64,000 nt of DNA, taken from contig NC_135255.1 in assembly GCF_964204865.1 (NCBI RefSeq), forward strand, positions 14,632,001-14,696,000, written 5' to 3'. This document shows, one piece after another, positions 14,201 to 27,448 of this stretch. A model generated the notes under the pieces. That model saw only the letters and a list, made by a program, of their open reading frames with translations. It did no database searches and had not been told where the DNA came from. Every line of letters starts with the position of its first letter. The first letter of the stretch is position 1. The DNA is from Styela clava. Lineage: Eukaryota. The position numbers and the translations under genes are program-made.

Positions 14201-16894
14201 ATGCATTACATGATCTTACTTGTGTTAACATTAAAGTGATGGCAAAAATTTGGTATATTTCGTAGAGGCAAAAAAGGATTACATTAGTAATGTTATAAAA
14301 CTATCACAATATGACAAGTTCAACACCGATACCGTAATTGGCCAGTGCTTATCAAGAATTTTCACTGATTGTATTTTTTATTTGACAACAGCACGGAACC
14401 GCAGCAGAGCTACCTCTCGATTCACCTACGCTGATCAGACGACAACACCAGATGCTTTGTCGGACTCAAAATACATGTCTTTACCACCTTCATCTCCTTA
14501 TCACTCGGAAAATCGCAGACATTTTCATTATTCCCCTGGTAAGAATATGCTTTGCGTATTATCGTTGAGCATAGATATGTCATCCTAAATAATGACGTGC
14601 ATATATACATTTCAGCTAGGACATGGACAAACTACGGCCCGCGGGCCCAATCCGACCCGCTGGGTAATTTAACCTTGTACGCCTGATGCTTCTACAATCA
14701 TACTAAAACGAATTTTTTTAATGTTCCAGCTAAAAAAATAGCTCAACGAATTTAATGAAATTGCGATAAAATTTAGTTTGGGCACGAGGCTTATTGTTTT
14801 CCACTTTTGTAACACTGTAAATATTGTTCATAAAATGTCACTTTTCACGTCACACTTACATGGCCCGCCAATCCAGATGGGCAGAATTTTTGGTCCCTGG
14901 TCCAAAACCCTAGCTCACCCCTGTTAGCCGATGCTAATTGCAAAACGATGTATGATATAATACGTACTGCTGACGTCATTTTTGTAATTTTTCGGTTTTT
15001 ATGTCTGTCAAAATAGAATATTCTGCTTCATTAATATGAAATAACGAATTCGGCTATCGGATAGATATCGATTTATCCAATAATAATTTGTTCATATTCA
15101 TAATAGTACGTTGAAAACAACAGGTATCTATCGAAAACTAAAATGTTATAATATTCTATAAATAACGAAGATACTGATGCTTTACAAGAACTTCGAAGTT
15201 CCCATCCAGGAGATCTTTTATTTCAACGACAAATGGCACATTTGGATAAAAATTATGTTCTTAATATGAAAGGAAATCCCAAGTTGCATGAAGATTGGTC
15301 TTGGATCGCAGGTCGAATTCTTTTTTTATGTCCTGTAGCAAAGATTTTTATTCATTAATTCTCTCATTTCGCGTTTTACTATACTTTCGGCTGAATATAA
15401 AATATCCACATTCGATTTCTTTGAGTGGATATCGAAAGAGCGTTTTCGCTCTTTGCATCAAAACCGGCGAAGACAAACGAAGGTCTAAAAGAGTACGCGG
15501 TTGCGTATAATACCCATTTGATATGTTGTTTCCATATACTGTATCAAGAAGGGCTCTTTCGTTGATATTACAAATTTTTCACCTATAAAATTATTTTGTA
15601 CGCCTAAAATGGATATATAACACAATTTATATTCCCCATGCGACGTCAGAGCACAAAATCGTGTTATGATGTTGCTTCATTATGCTATGATGACCCAACC
15701 TACCAGCCTTAAATACGTTTGTTTGACTGACTATTATCGCCATGTGTTCTCTAAGTTTTACAAATTATACAGAATATAACACGACTCTATCCCTCAAATC
15801 AAAATGGTGGGAACTTTTCTGTTTTTGCATGTTGGATATACAAAAAGCCTATTAATTATTGGTTCCAGGACTGGAATCTATCGGGACTCTTTGCATTGGA
15901 GACACTGCTGGAACACAAACCAAAAAATATCCGTCCAAGCCATACTCGAGAACATTAGTCGTAGAAAAAGTACCGAGGAAATTTGTTTTTCATCCCGGCA
16001 ACACTCCCGCCGGAATCAGCGCTAGAAAGCCGGCTCGTCCCGTACCACTTGTGCAAGTAAAAATTGATACCAAGAAACGAAATAAATACCCCCCTAATGA
16101 TTATGCATATTGGAGAGATCAAAGCATAGCAAATTGGAGTGAAAAGAAAAAGGTACAATATTTTTGCAACGAAATAGTTAATACAGAGAAATGGAATGCT
16201 GGATATCTCTATATTCCTCTGTTGTTTTCAAGTGTCTCTCTTTGTAATGCTTCAACAAAAATTACCCCCGACAATTATTGCCAAATTTAGCAATCATTTC
16301 ACTAAATCCTTGCCAGATTTTGTCAAAAAACTGTTAGATTTTTTTTATTACGGATTCAGGGTCTTACTTATATTTCAGAGGTCACCGTTAAAATCACGTG
16401 GTGTCACGAAATACAAGGAAATCAACCGACGAATGCAATTACCAAGTATACCCATTCGGGTCAAAGGTCATAAAGTCAATGAAACAAGCTGCTACAATCC
16501 ATGGGAAATGTTTAAAATAGGTTCAAGCAAACCAATGTACTCAAACAGTACGAGCAGAGGTGGCAGTCCAAATAAATCAAAACATCGGGTTAAAGATATC
16601 ATTTCAGCACAGACGAAATATCAGACGAAATTTTCATCCCCTGAAAACAAAGAAAATGTGTCGTTTTCAGTTACAAATTATCTCAGCAGTACTAGTCCAC
16701 ATGCCACCGAAAAAAATGCTCAACAACGTAGTCTAATAGAGAAGCCAAATACATATTTGCAACAAACTCCGGACCACGAAACTGACGATGAAGATAAGTT
16801 GAATTATGAAACGATCAAATCCGTGCTGTACAGTACACGAGAATATAGAACAACGCGAGAAGGTAGACGAGTCCCAAATTCCACTCCGTGTTAA
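11296..16894 (+). CDS. Uncharacterised ~597-aa S/T/P/K-rich protein, 9-exon model, no recognisable domain
   Basis: GT-AG exons 11296-11407, 12510-12799, 13213-13314, 13785-13892, 14092-14185, 14392-14538, 15171-15311, 15869-16152 and 16379-16894 join with consistent phases into an open 1794-nt frame (MAVKSKQGIPTQK...RRVPNSTPC*). A possible extra 34-nt exon at 15773-15806 does not fit this frame. Confidence 0.7.
11627..12466. mobile_element. ~840-bp non-autonomous TIR DNA transposon, full copy, in intron 1 of the uncharacterised gene
   Basis: ~40-bp TIRs ATATCGTCACGCTAATAACCGAATTGCGTAAGTCATTTTT / AAAAATGACTTACGCTATTCGGTTATTAGCGTGACGATAT in a TA-rich context. A near-identical second copy lies at ~19902-20697. 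Confidence 0.85.
14617..14923. mobile_element. hAT-type MITE
   Basis: Starts TAGGACATGGACAAACTACGGCCCGCGGGCCC and ends GCTCACCCCTG; the GGCCCGC subterminal motifs are typical of hAT/Charlie-like MITEs. Confidence 0.55.
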
Positions 16895-17806
16895 ATATTT
16901 CACTTTTAGGAAAAAATGGTTACATTGATGAACAAACAAATATATCACCCAATGTTAAACTTTTCATTTCATATATAAACATGCACGGCAGTGTTATTTG
17001 GGTTTCTCTGTTTAAAATTGGGCAATTTATCCGGTGCCGTCCGAACGACCAATTTTTGTTAGCGTTTGTGCAATGAAAGGCATGCAAATGCTGAACTGCA
17101 GATGTTTACGGCTTTTCAAAAATCTCATAATACCCTTGAGCACATTTAACCCTTAATTAACGAAACGTGTTCTGCAATTTTAGTTTTTTTTTTGTGATTT
17201 TTGACCGTTTGAGTATGTCAGAAACAATGTTAAATCTGCGAGAGAGACGACTTTAGTATATCCCTGAATAAAATGTGTTATGTCGGTCCACGGCGTTTCC
17301 CGCCGACAATGAACTCATATATTACTTGAAAAAAACATTTGGGGGGTCACAATTTCTTCATGATCAAAATTAATTAGTAAATTCAATTATTAGTAAATAA
17401 AAATCCCAACTTCTAATTGTAATTTATTAATAATTAAAAGTTAAAATGGAAAACAAACTCAATATCTCATTTGCATTTTTGATGGATCAACAGTCACATC
17501 ATTGAAGCATCAAAATTCGGTTTCTATTTCCCTAAACCTGCCAAATTTCCTATAACAAAGTGATGGGAGTTTTTTTTGAAAAAGAAGCAAAAATTGACGT
17601 AATACATACATATATAAAAAATGAAAATAATAAAAAAATAACGCGGTATTCCATTTTCTCCGCAAACGACCTCTTTGTGACAAAATTTACACTATTTTGT
17701 TTTTTTTCATATCATAAGTTGAAAAAAAAAGCAGAAGTTGCCATGGGATATGAAAATAACAGATTAAAGTGTGAATTTGTTTCATTGGTTTCGATCATTA
17801 TATCAA

Positions 17807-18202
17807 TACAAGAGAGCTACGCCCAAATATATGGACACGTCTGTTCGCAGTACAGTACGGTTTACCGTACCGTCAGATCACAGTTTACAAATATATTCAC
17901 ACCAAGCGAAGCAGTACAGTAGGACACAAAATGGCGTCTGATGTCCGCAGAACGTTTAATGACGTCTAAGCAAACGAAAACAAATCTCACAGAGCTATCA
18001 GATATATTTTAAATGAATAAAAGTAATAGCCTTCTGGAGAAAAATTTCATCTTTAACCACTAAAAATTTCAAAGCAATTGGTCCAGTAATCAAAGAGAAA
18101 AGCGTTTTTTTAATAATTTCCACTAGGTGTCCAAAAAGTGTCAAACAACAACAAGAACAACATAACAACAAAATGATCGTTATGTCCACTAAACGTGTCC
18201 AA
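17807..18202 (-). mobile_element. Helentron-associated non-autonomous element (HINE/DINE-1-like), family A, short copy
   Basis: On the minus strand it begins TTGGACACGTTTAGTGGACATAACGATC and ends ACGTGTCCATATATTTGGGCGTAGCTCTCTTGT. It has asymmetric subterminal IRs (TGGACACGT/ACGTGTCCA) and a CTCTTGT end. Related fragments lie at ~8221-8290, ~26480-26662, ~45860-46105 and ~55095-55330. Confidence 0.65.
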
Positions 18203-18245
18203 TAAACACAGAACCTTACTTCGTAGAAATGACCATGGCAGTGAA

Positions 18246-19558
18246 AACAAGAGAGCTATGCTCAAATATATGGACACGTAAAGTCACATAATTTTGATGA
18301 CGTCATAGCGAAAAAAAAAGTAATAGCTTTCTGGAGAAAATTTTTATCTTTAACCACTAAAAATTTCAAAGCAATTGGTCCAGTATTCGAAGAGAAAAGC
18401 GACTTTTTAAAAACGTGTCAAGCGGTACTGAGTTAGCAGTCAGGCAGCATCTTACCTGTACACTGTAGGCCATATACGGTAATTGATCACAGAACAGTTG
18501 TTCCCTTGCAAATTTTATGTTGTTTACACTTTAGGACAGATAATTGATCCCAGAACAATTCTTCCCTTTCAAATTTTATGTTGTTTCCAGTAGACTCTCA
18601 TCAAAATAAACAAATATAGTAGGCTACAAGTGCTACAACGCTTGCATTACTGCACTGGTAGGACCGTGAAAGAATAAGTTACGGTAATTTCATTGTGGTA
18701 AGACACCGGTACCGGCACCAGTACCAGTATCGTACTTACGTACTGAGCTACCAGTACCGGTTAGCAGTCAGCCAGCATCTTACCTGTACACTGTAGGCCA
18801 TATACGGTAATTGATCACAGAACAGTTGTTCCCTTGCAAATTTTATGTTGTTTACACTTTAGGACAGATAATTGATCACAGAACAATTCTTCCCTTTCAA
18901 ATTTTATGTTGTTTCCAGTAGACTCTCATCAAAATAAACAAATACAGTAGGCTACAAGTGCTACAACGCTTGCATTACTGCACTGGTAGGACCGTGAAAG
19001 AATAAGTTACGGTAATTTCATTGTGGTAAGACACCGGTACCGGCAGCAGTACCAGTATCGTACTTACGTACTGAGCTACCAGTACCGGTACCGAACCTGT
19101 AGGTCTGATATTCCGTTCCGCATACGATAGGCTATAAAACTTGCATTGCAGCATTAGTAATACCGCGGAGGGAATAAGTCAATTTCACTGCGTTACGGTA
19201 CCTGTATGGCAACTTACCAGTACCGACCTACAGTAGCTGTAGTACTGAGCAAGACAATCGATCGCGAAACCGCTTGAAATAAGTGTAAAACAGTGTTCCC
19301 ATGAGTAAAAATAAATACCGCGAAATTTTGTATGAAATATCATATCTCATAGGATTCATATAAAATTTAAGAATAAACAAAAGTAATAGCCTTCTAGCGA
19401 AAAAATTAATCTTTAACCACTGAAAATTTCAAAGCAATTGGTCCAGTATTCGAAGAGAAAAGCGACTTTTTAAAAACGTGTCAAAGAACAAGAACAAGAA
19501 CAACAAGAACAACAACAACATAATATTGAAACGATCGTTATGTCCACTACGTGTCCAA
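18246..19558 (-). mobile_element. HINE-like family A element carrying an internal 2 x 328-bp tandem repeat
   Basis: Same termini as the 17807-18202 copy (AACAAGAGAGCTATGCTCAAATATATGGACACGT ... ACGTGTCCAA), with a 3' hairpin GAGC-ATA-GCTC on the minus strand. Near-identical units at 18432-18759 and 18760-19087. Confidence 0.65.
18432..19087 (+). repeat. Direct tandem repeat, 2 x 328 bp, each unit containing a ~60-bp sub-repeat
   Basis: gttagcagtcag(g/c)cagcatcttacctgtacac... begins at 18432 and 18760 with only a few mismatches between units. taattgatc(a/c)cagaaca...aaattttatgttgttt occurs twice per unit. Confidence 0.95.
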
Positions 19559-19901
19559 CAAGCTAAGTGTAATTTAGCTATTGATTTTAAGCTAACACCA
19601 TTCAAATTTGATATATATTCAATTTTGAAAATTTCAAAAATAGTCAAAATACCGAAATAATGATACATTTGTTAAATATTGCAAAAACCATCTGTTTCAA
19701 GTGATTTATTTGTAACTGAATGAACTTTCAGAGTCAGCTATCTTTCAAAATTCATATTAGAATATTAATAATATTAGGAAATTCAGATTGAAAAGAAATT
19801 AAAAGTGGAATTTGGTCATTATGTCAAATTTTTATCATTAATCGACAATGCAAGTCATATAAAAGTGTTTTCATGTTACGATTTTGAGGCGATTGGCGAA
19901 A

Positions 19902-20697
19902 GGCGATTTTGAGTTTTTCATAAAACAGGTATTTATGTAATGCTGCGCACCTGTCTGTTAACTCAGATTTTATTTTAAGAATTCCGAAACCCATAAAAAT
20001 GGAGATTTAGTATGACATGCACATTTGTGCGATTGTTTCGTCATAATGATATCTTTGTTACCTCAGGACTATTCTGACGTCACAAAGGCAAAATAACCTC
20101 GGCGAAGTATTTTCAAGTTTTTGCATCTCGGATTCTAGCTTAGCGCGTATTAATTTGAATTTATACTACAGTATAGGAAGATGTGCACTTGTGATATTCA
20201 CTGTCCGAGTCCAATTCACCTTAGTTGGCTTTTATATTGGGTGCATTGCTGTTTTATTCTTTATATTTAATCTTAGTCTTATTTCGGTGAGTGTGCAGAA
20301 CGTGTTATATTGATGAAATATATATTTTTAAACATAAAAAATAATGTAATTGAAACTGATTAGCTATTTTGGGGATACGACATTGTAGATACTGAGAATT
20401 ACATTCGTTTTTGGAATGTTTAGTTTTCAGGACTGGTGCATATATATAGTAAAGTTGAAAAATTGCGTATGTCCCCAAGTCATAGACACATTTCTGCCTA
20501 AGTGACAGTGCGCCATTATGGCGTCACTTAACTGCGTCATACAAATTAACTTAAATCCGGCTACAATCAAAAAATTGAACCATGGCAATATATTGACTCT
20601 CAATGGCATAACAATATCATTAGGAAATTTTTTACGTTTTTTTTCAAAATATGCTAAAAATGACTTACGCAATTCGGTAATTAGCGTGACGATATAT
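19902..20697. mobile_element. Second copy of the 11627-12466 TIR element, left TIR missing
   Basis: Colinear, highly similar to ~11668-12466 and ending in the same right TIR ...TTAGCGTGACGATATA. Confidence 0.9.
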
Positions 20698-20854
20698 AAA
20701 TAGCTTTCTAGCCACTTCATCCATCTTTGAGTATTAAAAATTTTAAATGGTTTGTGCAGAGTTTGATGGAAAGTGCAGTATTGACGAAAAGACTTCGGCA
20801 TTTGGTGGCGAACGTTCCATTGGGTTCTAAATTCCAATAAATGTTAGGCTCATT

Positions 20855-23800
20855 TCAATAACGTCTTCTCCGGCGCACGATGTTTGCCCTTCTTATCTCC
20901 AGTGGTGGTTGGCGATCTTCGATATGGGTTTTGGTTGGAGCACAGCAAATAAGTAAGAAAAATAAGGTGATCATCCAATGGTATGTTGCATTTTCTTTTA
21001 GCCAATGAATTAAATATATCAATATCATGGAATTCAAAATAACCGCCACAACCTGCAACAATTTATTTACGCCAACGGAATAATCCTGAAATAAAAAAAT
21101 TGAGCATCAGAGATTGATCATCCAACATGATTATCACAGAAATTTGCAAGCCGTTTATTGTTAAGCCTGCTATTTAATGGAACTTTTGGCATTCCTTTAA
21201 TTGAACAATCCTATTTGAATCTGGCTTGTATGTAGTTGTAGCCAATTGAAACAGTTCTTTCACGTGGGCGTCAGAACAGATCAATGCCTTGATTTCACGT
21301 GTTTTAGGGTAGAAAACAAGGATTCGCTGACGTATGTTGACCCCAGAATTCACAATATTCTAAGCAAAGATAGTTTGACATTGGGGTATTTTTCCATGGC
21401 ATTATTATTCATAACTAAATGACCCCTTTCCCTTAAGCGCATTTCAGTTGGTCTTCTTCATAAAGATCGATGATCCTAAACGCAGTTGCAGCCTCTACTG
21501 AGACTAGAGGGAATTTCAAACAATCTGTTTTAAAATAAAAAAGTTGTCGACGACGTAATCTCTGTCGTTTCATCTCCAATTACTTCACTCAAATGGTTAA
21601 CTGCGCATTTGCCGCCGAACTTCGTTTTCAATGTGATTACGGCAGTCGTTGTAGTGCAATAAACGCTTCTCACAACAAAGAATGGATTGTGACGAAATAA
21701 TGGACGATTGCATGGAAAAGTGAATAAAGGCGCCCATGTATCTTCCACGTAAATCAGTGTTTCCCAACCTTTTCATGCAGTGCTCGCGTACCACCTACAA
21801 AAGTTAAGCGCGTCGGAAACAGTCAAAATTTCCCAACCTTAGTGACATTATATGAAGTCACAATCACGCATTTTATCTATACGAGGTGTAATACCAAATT
21901 CTATTAAACTAAGCAGCATCAGTCAAGGTTGATAGGATGCATACGCATGGAATCATTTTTTCACCATTAGTCACAAGAAGAACAACATAATGAAATAACA
22001 AAAAAAGTTAATTCATTTAGCGTGATGGCTGCATTTGTTCATTTATCAGAGTAGAAGTATTTTCAGAAACACTATTTTCTATCATCTACAGCAGGGGTGG
22101 CCAACCCGCGGCCCGCGAGCCGCATGCGGCTCTTGCTCCGGTTTTAAGCGTTTTTTTTTTGCCTAAAGAATTGTTTCAATTAGCAATATGCACATGCCAC
22201 GGTTCTTACTTGAAGGCATCTTTCCCAAAATTCTCTTTTTATGAGATTTAATTGAATCTCTGATATTGATGACGAATTCTAAAAATATATTCGTGAGAGT
22301 AAAGTAAGATATCTTCGATTGAAAGAATGCCCCAAAAATACGACATTTATCAGTGCTATTAGATCCAGTTTTCCATTCTGCTGCAATTGCCCCTTCATAA
22401 GTCGGTTTAGTATTTGAATCAAAAGTTTTAAAAGGCTGCAATTCCACAAAAGCCAATAGTTGTTAAAGAAGAAATTAATTCGCAGTTGTGCAATGTACAT
22501 AGAGAAAAGCTTTTAAAAAAGCTTCGAGTTTTAATTAATAGCAAGTCTAATCTCTAATCTGCAACTACCTTTTGAACTGATTTCTCGACATCTTCCATTC
22601 GTTTGCTCATGTCAATAGACGAACAATTACTACACAATGAATGGTCAGAACAATTTTCACATCGTTCAGTAATTCGAAGACATCTCTAAAAAACAATATA
22701 ATATTAATTAAAAAGCCATTTTACCAATTATTTTTGGGCTGTCAACAATGGCCTAATGGAATCACCTCATAATTCTTGTGTGCTTATATACACAATGTCA
22801 AAAATAGCAAATCTAAAGAATTCAATATGTATTTTTTTTGTAATTCAATATATATGTTGTTTTGTTATCCAATGGGTGAGGTGAAATAGCGATCAACATG
22901 AAGCATATATTTTAACGAATATCTTCAAAATTGATTTAAATCACAAATGTTCAAATTCCTCATTCCGTCAACACATTGTATATAGACTACATAAGAAATG
23001 AATTATTTTATGAACGTATATGATAAATATTTTGGGGAAAGAACCTGACATTTTTTCTTCTGTTTGGTTGTCTTCCGCAAATCAAGCAGACGCACAACAT
23101 ACAGGTTATTCTGAAGTTCGTCAACGCTTTTACATTTCTGCTTGCGACGACATATTGGGCAGCATATACTGAAGTATATAAACATATGGTCAAGTGCAGA
23201 ACTATAATCCATGTTTGAATGCGTGCAAAAAGATTCAACAGCGACTTCTCTGACTGCATCAACATCTGTTGAAACCATGGATACAGGTTGAAAGTCTGTG
23301 TTATGGAATATCTATAATTTGTATACAGTTCAAAATTTTTGTCCTAATTTTTTTAAATCAAGCATATGCGCCACGAATGATGCCAGGTGAAGAAAAAATC
23401 CTACCTTATCACTATAACATTTTGTTTTGTTGGCAAGAGAATGCTTGGTTATCAGCAATCACTTCGCAATAATACTAATCGTAGACATAATGTAATCTGT
23501 GTTGATGTGGGATGATCCCCGCCAAACACAACTAAAGATGTATTTATACATCGTTCAAGTTTTATTTATGTCCTCTAATTAGTAACGACACAGCAAGCCT
23601 TTTAATAACCGACATAAATTTATTGAAAACAGTGTTTCTAGTGTAGGCTACATCCTACATATACATACATACATACATCCTAGATATAGGTATTATGACG
23701 TCACGCTCACGCTCATTCGTACCACGACGTTTTTCACAGCTCTGAGTTCTTTAAGATGTTTTAAATTCAAGTTATTACCGATACCGTGTTTCCCCGAAAA

Positions 23801-24589
23801 TAAGACTGGGTCTTTTTTCAATTTTGTTCTGAAAAATACCAAGAGGACTCATTTTCGGGGGATGTCTTATATTTTCATTTGCCAAAAACAAAATTACATA
23901 GTAGATAATTATGAGATTTTCGAATATACAAAATATGAAACCGATATCATTTAAAACGTGTAGGAGAGATTTCATGCTTTTGACTAGGTCTAAAAAAATT
24001 CGCGTTATTGACTAGGTCTTATTTTAAGAGGGCTTATATTAAAGTCATTTGTGAAACCCAGGCTAGGTCTTATTTTCGGAGAAACACGGTACTTGTTTAT
24101 ACCTGTAATTCTATAGTTTACGATGATCTCCAAAACGTTTATGACATCATACGGCATCTACACGGAAATTACTATGATAATTTAATGTATTTAAAATCCA
24201 CTATGACGCCACAGTGTATTTTCCCGCTGTGCAAAATAAAGAGTATGACGACATAAATTTTTAAAAACGCATCACCGAAACCCTGCGTACAACGCTGGTC
24301 TCTCTATCAACAGAATCTGCAATAAATTGACCAGGAACCAGTAGACCTGACAGGGCAGACTTGTGTAATATGGGGACGAACGCACCAACACAACCTGTAA
24401 CTTTGCTTGCATACATATATAGGAATATACCATGGCTACCATACGTATTTTTACATACCTGTTGTTCTTTAAAATCGCTGCTAAACATGACATACAAAAC
24501 GAATGTTGGCAGGATAGAATTTTCGGAATTCTTTCTTCAGTGGCGTCAAAAGGTTCCATGCAAATATTACATTCTAATAAGTCTTCCAT
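20855..24589 (-). CDS. RING-HC finger protein (putative E3 ligase) with Cys-rich segment and C-terminal hydrophobic/TM segments; ~278 aa, 6 exons
   Basis: Exons 24589-24459, 23168-23045, 22685-22569, 22509-22345, 22278-22210 and 21085-20855 join in frame. RING: CNICMEPFDATEERIPKILSCQHSFCMSCL...CCPICR, then LQNNLYV (TRIM-like post-RING motif) and RCENCSDHSLCSNC. C-terminus: VVAVILNSMILIYLIHWL...WMITLFFLLICC...RRRRRY*. Exons 4-5 are less certain. Confidence 0.7.
23784..24089. mobile_element. pogo/Tigger-like (Tc1/mariner) MITE, TA TSD
   Basis: TA|CCGTGTTTCCCCGAAAATAAGAC ... GTCTTATTTTCGGAGAAACACGG|TA. A related copy lies at ~39298-39674. Confidence 0.85.
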
Positions 24590-27065
24590 ACTTAAAACTC
24601 CGAAGAAATGATTAATCTACAATTAAGTACTTGTTCATCAATTGCTAGGATACTTGAAACGAAAATAATATTAAATTTTGGATACCATTTATATATCTTC
24701 CCGCGAAACTTAAGTGCGAAGGCAGAATACGGTACTCATGTGATTCTTATCAGTGTGTGGTATTTAGTAATCAGGAAGTGCCTAAAAATAACTTGCAGAA
24801 AAATGAACTCAAACGACCAATCATAACCAAGTTTCTCAGTACCAAGTATTTAGTATGTTTTATTTTACTACTAGTAATATAAAACACAGATAAGTGCATT
24901 CCCACCCAATTTATGGTAGATAGAATATTGCAGAATCTGTAGCCCTATGAATAAAGTAATACAATCTGAACCATCTCGTCTAAATGAAACTAAAGTATCG
25001 CATACCACTTCACCGAACAGACGTCATGGTACACTTGTTCTTGTCCTAATGTTGGAAGCAATAGTCAGCGTGACGCATAGGCTTTGTTTTTTTGGTAGAT
25101 CGATCTTCGAAACTAAATTATCATATTTTTAAAGCGTCAGTCTTATAAATTTTATCCATCGACATCACCCTCTAGTCTGACACATATACTGTAGTGTATA
25201 ACTCAAAAGTAATGACATTTAAAGTTAAAACCGTCTAAACTCTAAACCAAGCCATCTACATTAAAAATAAGGTTTAACGAAGTTAAATGTATGAAACGTT
25301 TTTTGTTTCATTTTTCGCTACCTATCTACTGAAAATAAAAATTCTGATCCTCGCCAAGATGTTCATTGTTTCGTTGATTTGGTTGTTTCTGTGGCGAAAG
25401 ACATATTATTAGGTGAATGCTAGACCTTGAAACAACAATAAAACGGACTGTTGGCACCGCTTGGAGTTGTTGAGTGTCACGCGTCCTCATTACATATACG
25501 AAGACGATTTAGTGAGTGAAACCTTTGGTTTTCGATGCCAATTTTAGACTTTGTAATTTGTATAGTTTCAAGTCGAAACTTGCAAGGAAACTAAAAAGAG
25601 TTAGGTTCAGCCTACTACGCATTGCATCTTATTGGACACGAAATGGACCTATGGATCGTTTTGTTATTATTTTGTTTATATTTTATTCTTCTTCCTATTG
25701 TTATGCAAAAAACGCATTTCTGATTTGTGGTACAAAATTTATATTTTGATCTATTGTCTAAATACTCTAAAACATTATTTGAAATGACGACGGAGAGTTG
25801 CGGTGCAGTTTATCATACCGGTTGTAACTTGGGGGTTCACTCTACCAACAACAATATCGCTTTTAGATTTCATAAAGCCTAACCACTAAAAATGTCAAAG
25901 CAATCGGTCCAGTACAGGGTTGGAACAATTGTAATTTGTAATTGATGTAATTAATTACAGTTTTTTATGTGACTGTAACTGTAATGTAATTGAGGCATTT
26001 TCATTCTGTGTAATTGTAAATGTAATTGTAATTTGCTAACATTTTGGCTCAATTACACTTTCAATTAGACCAGGGACCATCAAACTATGGCGTCTTTTCA
26101 TCTGGCACACAATAACACAAAAAAGGCGGAATAATTCTCCAATGGGCGTTTTCCGAGAATCGCCTTCCTTTTTTTCGTAACATTAGCCAATCAGCAAGAT
26201 GCGAAAAAGTGACGTAATCATATACCTTTTCGCATCCGTTAAAATGCTCAGACAGATTTTCAGTCGTGGTTGTTAACAATACCTCATTTTGCGATTTCGA
26301 ATGCTATTCGTTAGTTTGCATTTTGACAAAAACCCATTAATGTATTGGAAGAAGAAATCAGATGAATTTCCCAGGCTTGCTTCTTTAGCCAAGGATATAT
26401 TTTTCGCAGCCTAATGTTCATCAAGTGCAATCCTACAGTTTTTGAGAAAGTGAAACTGTAAATACGAACCAAGATGTTATCGGACAGGTTAGTGGACACA
26501 ATGATCGTTTTGACCAAAACTTTTGGTATTTTGTGTTGTTGTTCTTGTTCTTTGACATAGTTATTGAAAAGTCGTTATTCCCTTCCATTACTAGACCAAA
26601 TGCTCTGAAATTTTCAGTGGTTGAAAATGGAATTTTTTTCTAGAAGGCTGTTACTTTTTTTTATAGAGGACTTGCACGGGTCACGTGACTTTGTTAATGG
26701 ACGGCAATAAAACAAAAACGTCCATTTGGCTCCTGTCAGTTGCAAGTCGGATTATACGTTTCCGTTTTGTTTGGCTGTTGAAAATGGGTATTTTGTATTG
26801 TTCCGTTGGCTGTACGTATAGTATAGACAACGAAATGGATCTTCAGTTATATTCCACTGATTTCAAAAGATCCGTAACGTCGCGCAATGTGGATATCATC
26901 TATTGCCTATTGGCAGAACTGCTTGGTGTCAAGTCCAGAAGCCATCTTACTTGTGTTTCACTGTTTGCGGGCAGCACTTCGTTGATGGTGAGTGATAATG
27001 TGGTGATAGTGTGCCGTTATCAATTTTTTTAAATATTTACAAGCTCCCTCATTTCAATGGAAAGC

Positions 27066-27270
27066 ACGCTGGCCACCGCCTCTCTGATCACCCTGGTAGT
27101 TTCACAGGTTTCAATTCCACGCGGGGATAGTTATGTGCGAGAGGATTGCAGCTCTACTCCCACCGAGGGTGGTTCACATGACCGCTGATCGGTTACGACC
27201 ATTCCCCACCATCCAAGTCCATGCTTCTGAAAACAAATAACTGGCTCCCCCCCAGATAAATCCTATCCTA
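27066..27270 (+). mobile_element. tRNA-derived SINE copy in the left arm of the ISL2EU element (mirror copy at ~28905-29175 on minus)
   Basis: B-box-like GGTTTCAATTCC, then the family body GACCGCTG.TCGGTTACGAC...CCACCATC.AAGTCCATGC.TCTGAAAACAAATAACTGGCT and a GATAAA..TCCTATCCTA tail. Confidence 0.7.
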
Positions 27271-27448
27271 ATGGAGCTTGTACAACTGATCCATAATGTC
27301 TTTTTATTGTCATTGGTAAAAAAGATATGCTACCCGGAATCAAATTCATTTACGACTAGTGGCTGTGGTGGGATATGGACATAAATTTCACACTTCTTGA
27401 TCGTTAGATTTTATGAAAACTATCTGTAAAATATCCATTATCTTACAG

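Noticed and set aside
18432-19087. Possible CRISPR-like repeat-spacer array
   Set aside because: Whole 328-bp units are duplicated with no unique spacers, the context is eukaryotic, and no cas genes are present.
25420-25500. Possible LTR end and primer-binding site (AATAAA...TGGCACCG)
   Set aside because: No TG...CA LTR boundaries, no partner LTR and no gag/pol remnants nearby.
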